A DNA stretch of 64,000 bases, taken from positions 496,001 to 560,000 of the forward strand of contig MU008163.1 of NCBI GenBank assembly GCA_010909165.1. Reading direction: 5' to 3'. The stretch's first letter is position 1. Each line of letters begins with the position of its first letter. This document shows positions 24,701 through 36,573 of this stretch, piece by piece. This DNA is from Anthoceros angustus (Eukaryota; Plantae; Anthocerotophyta). The notes beneath the pieces were generated by a model. It ran no database searches and was not told the origin of the DNA. It saw only the letters and a program-made list of their open reading frames with translations. A program made the position numbers and the translations under genes.

Positions 24701-26053
24701 ACACTCGACTTTCGCTCAGGATTCAATCAAATTATCATAGAAGATGCAAACAAGTGCAAGACGGCATTTTGGGGCAGGATCAAATTATCATAGAAGATGC
24801 AAACAAGTGCAAGACGGCATTTTGGGGCGGATCAAATTATCATAGAAGATGCAAACAAGTGCAAGACGGCAGGATCAAATTATCATAGAAGATGCAAACA
24901 AGTGCAAGACGGCATTTTGGGGCGTAAGATTGGTAGTGTGAGAGTTGTTTGACATTGCCCGCTTAGATGTGTTTAGGCTTGGGGCTACCATGTGAAGAGT
25001 GCTGGGCTTGCTCAGCCGACAAGGCGTAGTCATAGGGGAGAGACAAGGCGTCATTTGGTGAACATGCACATATCAAGATGCATGTCAAGTTGGCAACTCG
25101 CCCACGCCCCTACCACATTGATGAGGTGATTGTCCGTGATGGTGATCCGGACTCGACACCATCTCGTCGGGTGAATCGATGGAGATCAAGCCAACCAATG
25201 TCGGCGGAAGATGATCCGCCTCCTCCTCACCAATCTCGAGACCAAAGATCTCCAACCAATTTGCTTCTCGGTGGTTTGGTTTTTAATCGCTCTAGGTGCA
25301 AACTCTAGTTCCTTTGCTAATGTTTGCTCACCAGATTTTGCAGGGGCTGTTCACGGGATTAGGATTTTATTAGTTCTAGTTCTTCTATTTGTTTTGTGGC
25401 TTCGGTAGTTAGCCAGTAAGCCTATTTTACAGGCTTATAAGTATATGTTTAAGTGATAAGCCTATTTTGGAGGCTTATCCAAACCCTGAAGCTTAGTACT
25501 TCAAAGACTGAGACCTCTGCCGTAACCTAATATGGCCATGGACAACTATGCTCTTCATGCATTACTCCAGCAGACAGAGATGGTCCCTAGATAGAAGGCC
25601 AATGGTCTATTAGGTTAGGTGAATAACCTCAATATTATAGTATATAAATTAATAATTTATAGATAGTTTTGTAATATATATATATTCCCTTGAAATAATA
25701 TAAGAATATCTCAATCAAGGTGATGATGATTTATTGAGGTGAAAAGAACGATGGAAAAAAACCATCTAGGAGGGGACAACAAATGGGGACCCGGGGGTCA
25801 GAGTGAAGAGGAGCAACTGAGCTCCCTACCTAAAGTGACCAACTGCACCCACAATGTCATATGCAGGTAGAATAAACGGCCTGCAGACCACGGAGGAAGA
25901 GGAAAAGGCATATCCCAATCAAGGTATATCTTCATACTCTAACAAATGGCCGACACCCGGCGGGCGGAAAATTGTTTTTACTTTTGCGCGGACACTACTT
26001 CTGCTTTTGCGCGGGAGAGCACTTGTAGCCTTGTATGCCATAGGGAGACAGAA

Positions 26054-28120
26054 GTGAGAGTTCTTCCGCGCGACACTACCCTTGTACATATCCTGTCCGA
26101 GGCCGATACGGTTGGCGGCGCGTTCAGAATTGTCCGTGCCCTAGCCGGCTGCCTTCCCTAATCAATCCTCCATAGGCCTCCTTCCACAGCGATCGGCCCG
26201 CCTTGTGTTGATGTGCATCTCGCTCGCTTGCAAGCGGCTTCTCCTTGAGCTCGCTCTGTCATGAAGCAATGCCTTGCCTTGCTGTGCAGAAACGTTCCCT
26301 GTGTGGACCTGGCTGGTAGTTCCTCGGTCTGCATCGATGTCGGTTTTGTAAGCGATCCTGCTGAGCCTTGCAAGCACTTGCCGCAGCGGCACCGGTTTGT
26401 ATCCAGCACAGCACTGCTGGGCATGCCGAGGATGTCCCCGCCTGCTTGAGGCGGCTGCTGTGGCTGTTAGCTTGAAATCCCGCTTGCATCAATGTCCGCG
26501 CCTCCATCGCAGGCCCGTAGGCCTGTCTGCAGCCTTTACGTCCAGAAGCTTGAACTCGCACTCGTTTTTGCTGCGGCGGCTCGAGGCCGAGGGCCGGGTA
26601 GCCCCGTGTCCTACACGGATGTAGTTTGTAACAGTGGACTGGTGTTGAGTTTCTGGACTTGAAGAAGTTTTACACACAGGTGTCGGAGAATATGTAGGTG
26701 TAGGTTTATTCCCTTCTTCTAGCTCACAGACTTGGAATATGGGTGTTATCTTGGTTGCAGTTGCTCGTGTTTTGATTTAATCACGTCGAGCAGAAAACAA
26801 GAACGTTGTTTGCATCCTTCTTCTAGCTCACAGACTTGAATATGATGTGCAGTTGCTCATGTTTTGATTTAATCACTTCCAGTAGAAAACAAGAACGTTG
26901 TCTGCAGGGTTTGTGATTCGCTTGCTTGCAAGCTTGACAGCTTGTTCGTCCCCCGACAAGCTCTGCAACAGCAGCAAAGTCGAGGGATAGGCGCCCACAC
27001 TGGACAATAAATGACATGGGGCATATGCGTGTGCAGCCTCATGGCCAGGACACACGCAGGCAGGAGAGACGACTGACCTCCGGGAGTCCGGGACCAGCTG
27101 GTGGGCAGGAGCCCTCGGATCGGTTAGCGCCTCCTCATCCCGTTCCTCCTCCTCATGACCATGGAACTTTTGACGCTGATGTCGTAGCTCCCCAAGGCCA
27201 GCCACCGAGAGAATTTTTCTGTATTTTTCTGTAATGGTTATACAAAGAAGCAGAGCACATGGCCGTTGGCCTGACAGCCCGGAAGATGGAGTTCAATTCC
27301 GTTACGGGTACCATGCTGGAAGAGGTGGAGGAGCTGGTTTCGAACATGGTGGTTGCAACCAGCACTCCGACATGGATGTGAAGGCCAGTCATCGGCTTAC
27401 CGAGCACGGCGGGCACTGAGGAGACCTCCGGCGGTGATGGCAGTGTGACATTGCCGGAGATAGTGCGGGAAGTGGAGGTTGTCAGAGAGTTGGACATGTT
27501 GCATGTACTTGCGGGCAACATGAGGGGATCAGGTGTCCACAGAGGTATTGCTGGGTTTACTAAGTGAACCCATCTCTTCAGCACCGGAGCTGTCAACCTG
27601 CAGGTTTGGAGGAAGTGATTGCAGCCGTAAGCAGGGCCGAGGTGCTGGGTTTTTTCTTCTCCTTTTTGTTCTCCGGCAGAGCTAGAGCTGGGTTGCTGTG
27701 GAGCTTGTGGGAAGTGAGGGCGCGCTTCTGGGCATCTCATCTGCAGTGGGTGGTGGAGAGCTCTACGTACTGAATGCCCCTGAGGCGAGGTCCGCCAGGC
27801 CTGCCAAGATCCAGGAGCTGCGGCGCCCAGCTCCGAGGATGCGACGGCAGCTGGAGCTCAGGCTAGCAACACGAGCTCTACAGGAGCCGCAGATGTGCCA
27901 ATGCTTCGTCGCTGTCGCGGTCGTCCAAAGTGGTGGAGGAAGGAACCTACACCGTTGGATTTCGCAGCTAATCCTCGAATTGCAAGAGCAGGGACAGCTG
28001 CAGGTGGATCTGAAAGGGAGGCCAGAACAGCTCTCGAGCAGGAGGATTCGAAACAAGTATGTGGTAAGCGTCGACGTGGTCGTTCCAAACGATCTAAGAA
28101 CAACCTCAAAGAACTAGGGG
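26054..28120 (+). pseudogene. Copy 3 of family A
   Basis: Homologous to copies 1 and 2. Frame 'YKEAEHMAVGLTARKMEFNSV...MVVATST...LPEIVREVEVVREL' matches 'YKDAEYIDRALTARKMQFNSV...MPEIVREMEVVREV' in copy 2. Confidence 0.45.
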
Positions 28121-28737
28121 ACGGAGCAAAGCCAGGGGCAGACCAGGACTTGGCTTGGCTCCGTCCCCTAATTCCTTGGACTTGTTTTTAGATCCTTTGG
28201 GTTGACATCCGCTCTGGCCTGAGGTTGGCCACCAAAATCCCCTACCTATGCTGTGTGGGTTTCAAAGATGTCGTGGACGGCATCTTGAAGTGTTCGTGGC
28301 AGCTGAGGTCGAACTGGAGCATACCTCGTCCAGCTCGACTCTGGAGCCCCCACTCACAATGCAACCTATATTCACATCAACCCGAGTGTGTTCAGATCTT
28401 TGCCAGACTACTGGGCTCGGGGGCAGCTGTTCCCGATTGTGCCCCTGCAGCGGCTGGAGGAGGTGCCCACCACTCACGCCATCCTGTGCTGTGTGACCTC
28501 ACCTGTGATAGTGATGGCAAGGTGTGCAAGTTCATGGGGAAGGACGTGTGTGGCAAGCGAAAACAGTATCTGGTAGTTGGTCCCAAGGCTTATATAGAGA
28601 TTACAGTGAAACGCTTGTATGTGGATGGGAGCTTCACTGCTGTTTACTTGGCCAGGCCTGCTTTGATGGACATCTAGGCTGCTCGCTGGTCAATCCAACC
28701 ACGTATTTAGTTTAGTGGTACTTGGATTGATCAGCAA

Positions 28738-29037
28738 TCAGCCGCCGTCTTCAGCTTCCTGATAAGCTGTGTATACTGTAGGAATGATGGCTTGCTTGAA
28801 AACAGCTTTAGTTGCGAACCTTGCCTCGAACTTGCGTGCATACATCTGGTCCGCAAAAAATGCAATTTCGATGTTGTATCCAGGAAGTACACTGATGTCT
28901 GTTCCAGCTCGGGACTTGTTGCTGTGCAGACGGATATCTAGAATAGTCTGATTATTGTTCCCCGGCCAGGCCAGATGCCTGAAGCTGATGAGCGCTGGTT
29001 CCATCCATGATTCTTTCCTGGCTACGGCTACGCTCAA
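28738..29037 (-). pseudogene. C-terminal fragment of an unknown protein ending next to a degenerate hairpin
   Basis: 'MYARKFEARFATKAVFKQAIIPTVYTAYQEAEDGG*' is homologous to 19942-20080, with synonymous changes and a one-codon indel. Confidence 0.4.
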
Positions 29038-29599
29038 GACTGCTGATGGTAGTGCTCAGGATCCTTGTTTATTTCTTGGGACCCAGACGGTTAGGAGAAC
29101 AGTTCATAACTTCGTTATCTTACGGCCTACCTAATTTCAGACTCGGAAAATAAGAAATTGAACCCTCCAGGAAACGCCTCCTGCTGTTGTCCAAAACACC
29201 TGGCCATCTGGCATGACAAGTGATACAGTTGCAGGGTTGCATCCCTGTTTACCATGCGCAGACCGCATGGTGTTGCACCCACTTCAAACACATATGTCCA
29301 TCACGACTTGCAGGACTGCTAACCTTGTCTCTCTGTGGAACGTCGTTTTAGGGTTGGAGACCTTGCTGCCAGATCGGCTGTGTCAGCTCACGCTTCCTCG
29401 ATGGGTTCTCCATCTGCTCAGGTGTGCTATTGAGGGATGCCCATCTTATTGCTTGCTTTCGCCACACAAATGACGTCTTCTCCATGTTACAGAGGCCAGA
29501 TGTTTCTTCGTTTTTGCGAGATGACATGAGGCTAGGTGTGGCCATCGTGGAGAACATCTGTTTCACCCTTGCTTGTGGTTAATAGCGCATGCTATTTTG

Positions 29600-31020
29600 C
29601 AATCAGACTTTGCAGAGCCTGCAAGAGTGCATGAGAGGATACATGTCATTCTAGATAAAGTCTTTGTAGTCCGCTGAAAAAACGAGTGCATGAGAGGAGG
29701 GTCCCATCACAGATGTGATTTCTTATGCAGAAATTTCAGAGCATCCAACAGAGTGCTGCGGATGTATGCTGTTCATGAAAGAAGGTTGAAAGAAGCTATT
29801 TGAGTGTTCAGCATGGTGGACAAGCCAGATGCCTTCATGTGGTCGTCCATAATTTCTGCCTTCATGTGGTCTTCCATAAAGATTCTGCGCATGTTCGGCA
29901 AGGACGATATATAAGCAGGCGGTAAGACTTCATGAGCAGATGCCCAGGTCAAATGCTGAAGCCGAATGGCCATGTTTGCGTAGCGTGCCACAGACTCGAA
30001 AAACTGGGCAGGACGTGCATGCTGATGTGTTGGCCAGTGCCGTTGAGCCTCGTTTGTTCGTCTGGAATTGCTTGGTGGACAAGTATGCAAAGTGTGGGAG
30101 GTTCGAAGATGCTCAAACAATGTTCCACGGATTTGGTGAAAAAGATGTGGTGACATGGAATGCCATGATATATAGATAGGAGGGTATTCTCAGCAGGGCA
30201 TGGGCCATGAAGCCCTCAGTCTTAACCTTGTGATGCAAGAGGAAGGCAAGGTTGGACCAGATGCTGTGACAATTGTTGGCGTACTTGATGCATGTGCAAA
30301 TGTGGCACCTTTGCATATGGGCAAGCAGCTTGGTGCACAAATTAAGGACCGAGGTCTTCGACTTGATCTGCTTGGAGCCATCAGCTTGATAAACAAAGTC
30401 AGGGGGTATGGTTGATGCACAATTGGTGATTGCCCGAAAAGAGAGTTTGTCACTTGGAGTGCACTGATTGCAAGGTACACCCGTCAAGGAGACAGTGAAG
30501 AGGTCTTCGACTTGGTTCAGAAAATGAGAAGGGAGGGCATACAGCCCGACGGCATCACTTTCTTGAGTGGCATACACCGGCTCCCAGATGTGGCAGTAGG
30601 CACAGGAGATGCAGGAAACAAGAGCAAGAGTTGGGACTCGGAAGCAGCCGGGCCAGAGCTGGTGGACACACATGGAAGGACTGGTGCATAAGTTTTCGGT
30701 TAGGGGTAGGATTTCTTCCGAGAGCGAGCTTTTCTCGAATATGCGCCACATCCAGATTTTTTCAATGGCAGATCCACCTGATGATGGAAAGGAGATCATT
30801 TGTGGGGGTGGTAAGTTAAGAATTCAAGTTCTTTTCATGCGCGTGAAGGTTCATTTCAGGCGCTTGTGTACTTAGCTGTCATGGCAGTCCATGTCACCAC
30901 ATCCTTTGCAGAAACCGTCAAACACCCTTTGAGTGTCTTCCAAGCTGCCGCACTTTGCATACATGTCCACCAAGAAACTACTGACAACGCATCAGCATGT
31001 CCCTGCTGTCCAGATTAAAA
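29600..31020 (+). pseudogene. PLS-class PPR pseudogene (collapsed, frameshifted), plus a short inverted PPR fragment at ~30880-31020
   Basis: 'VLRMY..HERRLKEA..VFSMVDKPDAFMWSSII', 'LVDKYAKCGRFEDAQTMFHGFGEKDVVTWNAMI' and 'KQPGQSWWTHMEGLVHKF' parallel the gene at 59391-62189. Confidence 0.85.
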
Positions 31021-31564
31021 GTCTGCTCCCCTTTCATTCTCATGACTTGCATCACACACTTGTTATCATTTGGCCAATGTTTAGAATTAATCGGCAGTAA
31101 AAATTGCTTGTATTCGCCATTTGTCTTGGGGAACTCGGCTAGCTAGGGTCAGCCTCTTCTCTTGACTTTCTCTTGACTGAAAGTGACAGCAATGTTGGGC
31201 TAGCAACAATGTCAGCTGCTCCATACGAGCCAACCAAAGCTGCTCCATACGAGCCAACCAAACATAACATCTGCTGGGTATCCTACGTTGTCGTTCCGCA
31301 GAGTTGAGCCGCCCATGAATTATTTGGAGTCCCGCAGCAATGTCCCCCCGCCCTCGGCATCTCGCAGGCCACCGCCGTCGCGCCGTCCATAAGCCCAACC
31401 GACATCCTGTAGGCTGCCGCCCTCCAAGCTCTCGCCGCCCTCCACGCCCCCCGCCCGCGAGGACCTGGAGGGCTGCGAGGGGGGTGAGCGCGGCGGCCAG
31501 GAGACCGGCGAGGGCTTCCAAAGACGGGGGAAACTTCGTAGCCTCGATCAAAGAAATGTCGTAG

Positions 31565-34359
31565 TTGAAGAAGAAGAGGAAGATTCAAAGTATTCGAGAG
31601 AGACAACCAATCTTAAGAAGATCAATGAGACAATGGAAACCTTCACAGAAGATCTTGGAATCCATGAATGCATGTGTGTATGAGGAGGCATGGTTGGCAG
31701 ATATCGACGAACCACAAAGCCTAAGGGAAGCATTGGAAGGGCCAAAGGCAAAGGAGTGGAAAGAAGCCATGGACATTGAATGTAACTCCCTTCTCAAGAA
31801 CAAAACTTGGGCAATCACTCCTCTACCTCACGGAAGGAAGAGCATTGGATCAAAGTGAACATTCAAGATTAAGCGCAAGGCTGATGGAAGCATAGAGCGC
31901 TACAAGGCAAGGCTGGTGGGGAAAGGATTCACACAAGTCCCAAGCATGGATTATTCTGACACCTTCTCCCCTGTCGCAAAGATAGCATCTATCCGAGCTC
32001 TCCTAGCTATCGCAGCCGCTTTCGACATGGAGATACATCATATGGGTGTTCTGACTACTTTCCTGAATGGAGATCTGGATGAAGAGATCTGCATGGACCA
32101 ACCAGAGGGATACGAAATACCAGGACACGAGGGAGAGGTATGTAGGCTGATAAAGGCTCAGATGGTCTTAAGCAACCGCCTTGCTTGGTATCGTAAGGTT
32201 GATGTGTTTTTCCGCCTAGAGGTTTCAAGAAAACCAATGCCGATTGGAATATCTATGTGAAGAGAGTGGGAGAATCCATAATTATCATTGCTATCTATGT
32301 GGACGATCTGATTATTGCTAGCAATGACATGGAACTCTAAACTCAGCAAAGAAAAGCATTAATGCAAGCTTTGACATGAGAGATTTGGGTGAGCTTCACT
32401 ATTTCCTAGGAATAAAGATGGAAAGGAATAGGGCTAACAAACAGATCTCTTCGAGCCAACAAACGTATGTGGAGACCATATTGAGCGCGCATGCAAGATT
32501 GCAAACCCATGAAGACGCCAATGATCTTCAATGAGAAGCTATCGCAGGAGATGAGCCCTACAACGAAAAGGAGAAAGAGAAGATAGATAAGACTCTCTAT
32601 CAACGTGCCGTTGGCTGTCTTACATATTTGGCAACAGGACAAGGCCCGACATTGCAGGCAAGTGGGAGTTGTGAGTCGATTCTTGGCCAACCTCGACAAC
32701 AAGATTATCAAGCGATCAAGAGGATATTCGACATTGCGCCACAAAACATTGGAAGTTGAAATACCAAAAGGATCGACATGAAAGCCTGTGGGATGATTAA
32801 TGGAGATGTCGCCGCAAGTCTACCATGTGATATGTGTTTATGCTATTTGGGGAGCCATTTCATGGAGTAGTAGGCGCCACCATCGTGGCTTTGTCCTCTG
32901 AGCGGAGTACATGGCAATATCTCGCAACAATGGAAGCAATATGGCTACGACGATTGCTCAAGAAATGGGATTTAAGGTATGGTGCAACAACCATCTTCAA
33001 CGACAATCAAGGTTGCATTTACTTAGCAAAGAATGCTACTTTTCACGCGAGGACGAAACACATTGAAATAAAGCATCACTTCATTAGAGAGAAAGTTCAA
33101 TCCAAGGAGATAGAGCTAGCGTATTGTCCCACTGGACATGCTGCGGATGTTTTGACCAAAAGGGTTGACTTTAGAGAAGCACGTTAAGTTTAGCAAGATG
33201 TTAGGCTTAAAGAGTAGCACCGATGTGTTGAGTGGGAGTGTTAGAAATCTATAGGATTGGTGCAACACATCACATATTAGAGTTATGAGAATAAGTCCTA
33301 GAAGTATATAGGACAATCCTGTGAGCGAGATAGGGTTTCATACTATCGAGAGTACGTAGAGAAGCTAGCAACGCTTGTACACCGGAGGCTCCAGCCAACA
33401 AACATATGTGGAGACCATATTGGGCGTTTTGCAAGATTGCAAACCCATGAAGACGCCAATGATCTTCAATGAGAAGCTATCGCAGGAGATGAGCCCTACA
33501 ACTGAAAAGGAGAAAGAGAAGGTAGATAAGACTCTCTACTAACGTGCCGTTGGCTGTCTTACATATTTGGCAACAGGGATAAGGCCCGACATTGTAGCGA
33601 TAGTGGGAGTTGTGAGTCGATTCTTGGCCAACCTCGACAACAAAGATTATCAAGCGATCAAGAGGATATTCGGATACGCGGCTTAAAACATGGGAAGTTG
33701 AAATACCAAAAGGATCGACATGAAGCCGGTGGTTGGATTGATTTGGAGATGTCGATGGCATAAGTCTACCACAGGATATGTGTTTATGCTATTTGGGGAG
33801 CCATTTCATGGAGTAGTAGGCGCCACCATCGTGGCTTTGTCCTCTGAGCGGAGTACATGGCAATATCTCGCAACAATGGAAGCAATATGGCTACGACGAT
33901 TGCTCGAAGAAATGGGATTTAAGCAGAAGGGTGCAACAACCATCTTCAACGACAATCAGGGTTGCATTTACTTAGCGAATAATGCTACTTTTCACGCGAG
34001 GACGAAACACATTGAAATAAAGCATCACTTCATTAGAGAGAAAGTTCAATCCAAGGAGATAGAGCTAGCGTATTGTCCCACTGTGGACATGCCTACAGAT
34101 GTTTTGACCAAAGGATTGACTTTAGACAAGCACGTTAAGTTTAGCAAGATGTTAGGCTTAAAAGAGTAGTACTGATGTGTTGAGTGGGAAAGTTAGAAAT
34201 CTATAGGATTGGTGCAACACATCACATATTAGAGTTATGAGAATAAGTCCTAGAAGTATATAGGACAATCCCAGGAGCGAGATAGGGTTTCATACTATCG
34301 AGAGTACGACCGTAGGAGAAAGCTAGCAACGCTTGTACACCTGGAGGCTCCAGCCAACA
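31565..34359 (+). mobile_element. Ty1/Copia RT-RNase H remnant with PPT and short 3' LTR; ~0.94-kb tandem duplication
   Basis: 'EPQSLREAL...WKEAM', 'YKARLVGKGFTQ..DYSDTFSPVA', 'FLNGDLDEEI', 'DNQGCIYLA.N..FHARTKHIEIKHHFIRE'. GAGTGGGAG is followed by TGTTAG...AACA. Duplicated units are 32454-33392 and 33393-34351. Confidence 0.93.
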
Positions 34360-35445
34360 AACACCTTGATTAGGGGTGTCAGTTGAGAGCTTGAAGGCTT
34401 ACAAGCTTGCAGGCTATGGCCTTTGGTGCAACTTGAAATCTGCGCCTTGAAGCTTCACTGTGATCCTGAGCACGCTCTCTCTCGAGTTGGGATGAGAGAA
34501 TCAAGGTAGCACGCTACTACAGGTTGAACTGCAGACATTGAAGCAGGTTGATCTTGATGAGTCAATCTTGCAACACTCTCAGATAAGAATTGCAGCTCTC
34601 TTGAAAGAAGATCAAGTCGTCCAGAAACTTCAGTGAAACAAACAGATTGCTGAGAGGAATATCCATGCTAATCCTCAAATGTCTCTGCCCAGGGCTTATA
34701 AATCTGAATGAGAATTCCTCAACGAGTGGTGCTATCTTTCCAAGTTCCGGATTGAGTGCTCAGGTATCTGTGAGTCGCCTGTATTCATCAGATTAAATGC
34801 ATCCATTAGAGATGAAGCGTCCCCTGTTGGTCAAATGGAGCTTGTTCAAAAAACAGATTCGACCGCCTGATTGGTAAGGGATTCGACCGCCTGGCCTAAT
34901 CCCTTAGTTCACTTGAAGGGTTTGACTGATGCCTCCACGATGTGTTGCAGGAGTTCGCCCAAGTCGTGCGAGGTCGACCCCAGCGAGGCATCTTCAAACT
35001 GTATGCCTAAATCAAGTGTATAAGCATTATAAGCTAGATTACAGGTCATTCTAAAAAAATGACAGTACATCCTAGTTTCACTAGGCTGACATGTTGTATG
35101 CGAGTGGCGGAACGAGGATTCCAACATAGCTCAGCCTTTATCTAAAGATGAAGACTGAATTTTTGTTGAAATCTCCGTTTCGCTAGTTGCGTACAATCAT
35201 TCAGCTAGTATCTAGCATGGATTATGCAGCGGAAGTCTCAGAGTATCGTTTTTATGCTCTGATACCATGTAAATATACAAATAGACCTTGAGACACTTAG
35301 AGAAAACAAAGTGTACATTGTCAAGAGAAAATTAATTAAATGAAGAACAAAATTGGTCTTATATACAAAAATCATTGTATTAACCCTGAGTTGATTATTA
35401 ACCGAGTCAGGTTAACTGTAAGGGTTACTAAAATAACCCGTAACA
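34360..35445 (-). mobile_element. 5' fragment of another LTR element: ~178-bp LTR (35268-35445), tRNA-iMet PBS (35256-35267), decayed leader/ORF
   Basis: gctctgatacca followed by tg. TGTTA start inferred at 35445. No gag motif is recognisable downstream. Confidence 0.65.
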
Positions 35446-35451
35446 CTACGA

Positions 35452-36000
35452 CTACTTACCCGTGTCCGTGCTCACATCCTCACCATCCAACTGCCTGAAT
35501 GACTTCCGCATTCTTGGTTGGTCACGCGGCTCTGCCATCTTCTCACTGATTCCTACACCAAGGTCAACTGTGGCCTTCTTGCATGTCCCAATTGCCCTCC
35601 TAGCTGCTAAGGCATACAACTCTTCTTCAGAGTCAGATTCTTCCTTGGGTGCCTCACTGAGCGCACAATCATGCTTCGAGCCAGCTCCTTTTGCAGTTGT
35701 TGCATCTGGCTCATGAGCGCCTTCCTTGTAGGTTTGCTCTTTGTCTTTGGCTAATCTGTGTCTCCAACAGATTGCTTTGGACGAAGCTCTAGATGAGCTT
35801 GCCAACAAGCCACCTCGGTGTGACCCCACCTGTTACACGCCTTGCAATTCTCCTTGCTCTGTCACCGCACCTCAAGACCCTACCAGACACCATGCACCCA
35901 CACGTTATGCATGCAGCTCACTTTTTGAGGCGCATAGGATGAGAGCAAGACATGACATTTTATTATGGGAGTTCCTCCCCTTCTTATAGGAACTCCCCAA
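35452..36000 (-). mobile_element. Gypsy-like gag/protease-linker fragment
   Basis: 'HDCALSEAPKEESDSEEELYALAARRA' resembles a post-zinc-knuckle acidic linker. The context is nested TEs. Confidence 0.35.
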
Positions 36001-36573
36001 CCCTAGCGATAATTAAGTTCGGGGTGGGTGATCCCCCTTCTCTCCGTCCTTCTGGCTCAGAAGGAGGCCACGTGGTAGAAAGAGCACGAGGCCTGGGAGC
36101 GGAAGGTGAAGGCCGGCAGTGACAGGAGAAGAACTGTTGGAGTGGGAGTACTACCGCCAAAACCGGAATATGGTCCGGGAGGAGGCCAGTGTGGCCAAGA
36201 ATAGGCTACAGGAAGTGGAGAAGAAGCTCTCCGACATGAGGAGAGATAGAGAGCCCCTAGAGCAGGCCGGGCGATGTATCTTAACGATATGCATGAAAGG
36301 CTGGCGAAGTTGGCAGAGCTCCGAATCAGTAAACAGAAGGCGGACGAGGCCCGATAGGCCGCATTGGCGGAGGGAGAAGTTATGAACCTAAGGCTTTAGA
36401 CTAAAGAGCAGGAGGTAAGCGCCCTGCAAGAGGAGGTCCGGTCACTCGGCTTGGAGGTGACGACCCTGAAGCAAACTGCCAGGGGGAGGGAGGCAAGGAG
36501 GCTAGAGGACCAGGTCCGCCTCCTTGTCTCAATGAAATTGAAGCTCTCAAGACGAAGCAAGAGACAGAGAGAG

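Larger units (their letters stand above)
18789..26053 (+). repeat. 3.65-kb tandem segmental duplication (18789-22442 and 22443-26053)
   Basis: Colinear near-identical copies joined at GTG. The second copy has many 1-3-nt deletions. Confidence 0.92.

Noticed and set aside
28880-28960. 'LDIRLHSNKSRAG' as a tyrosine-recombinase SKT motif
   Set aside because: None of the R-H-R-Y catalytic residues or DIRS RT/RNase H context is present.
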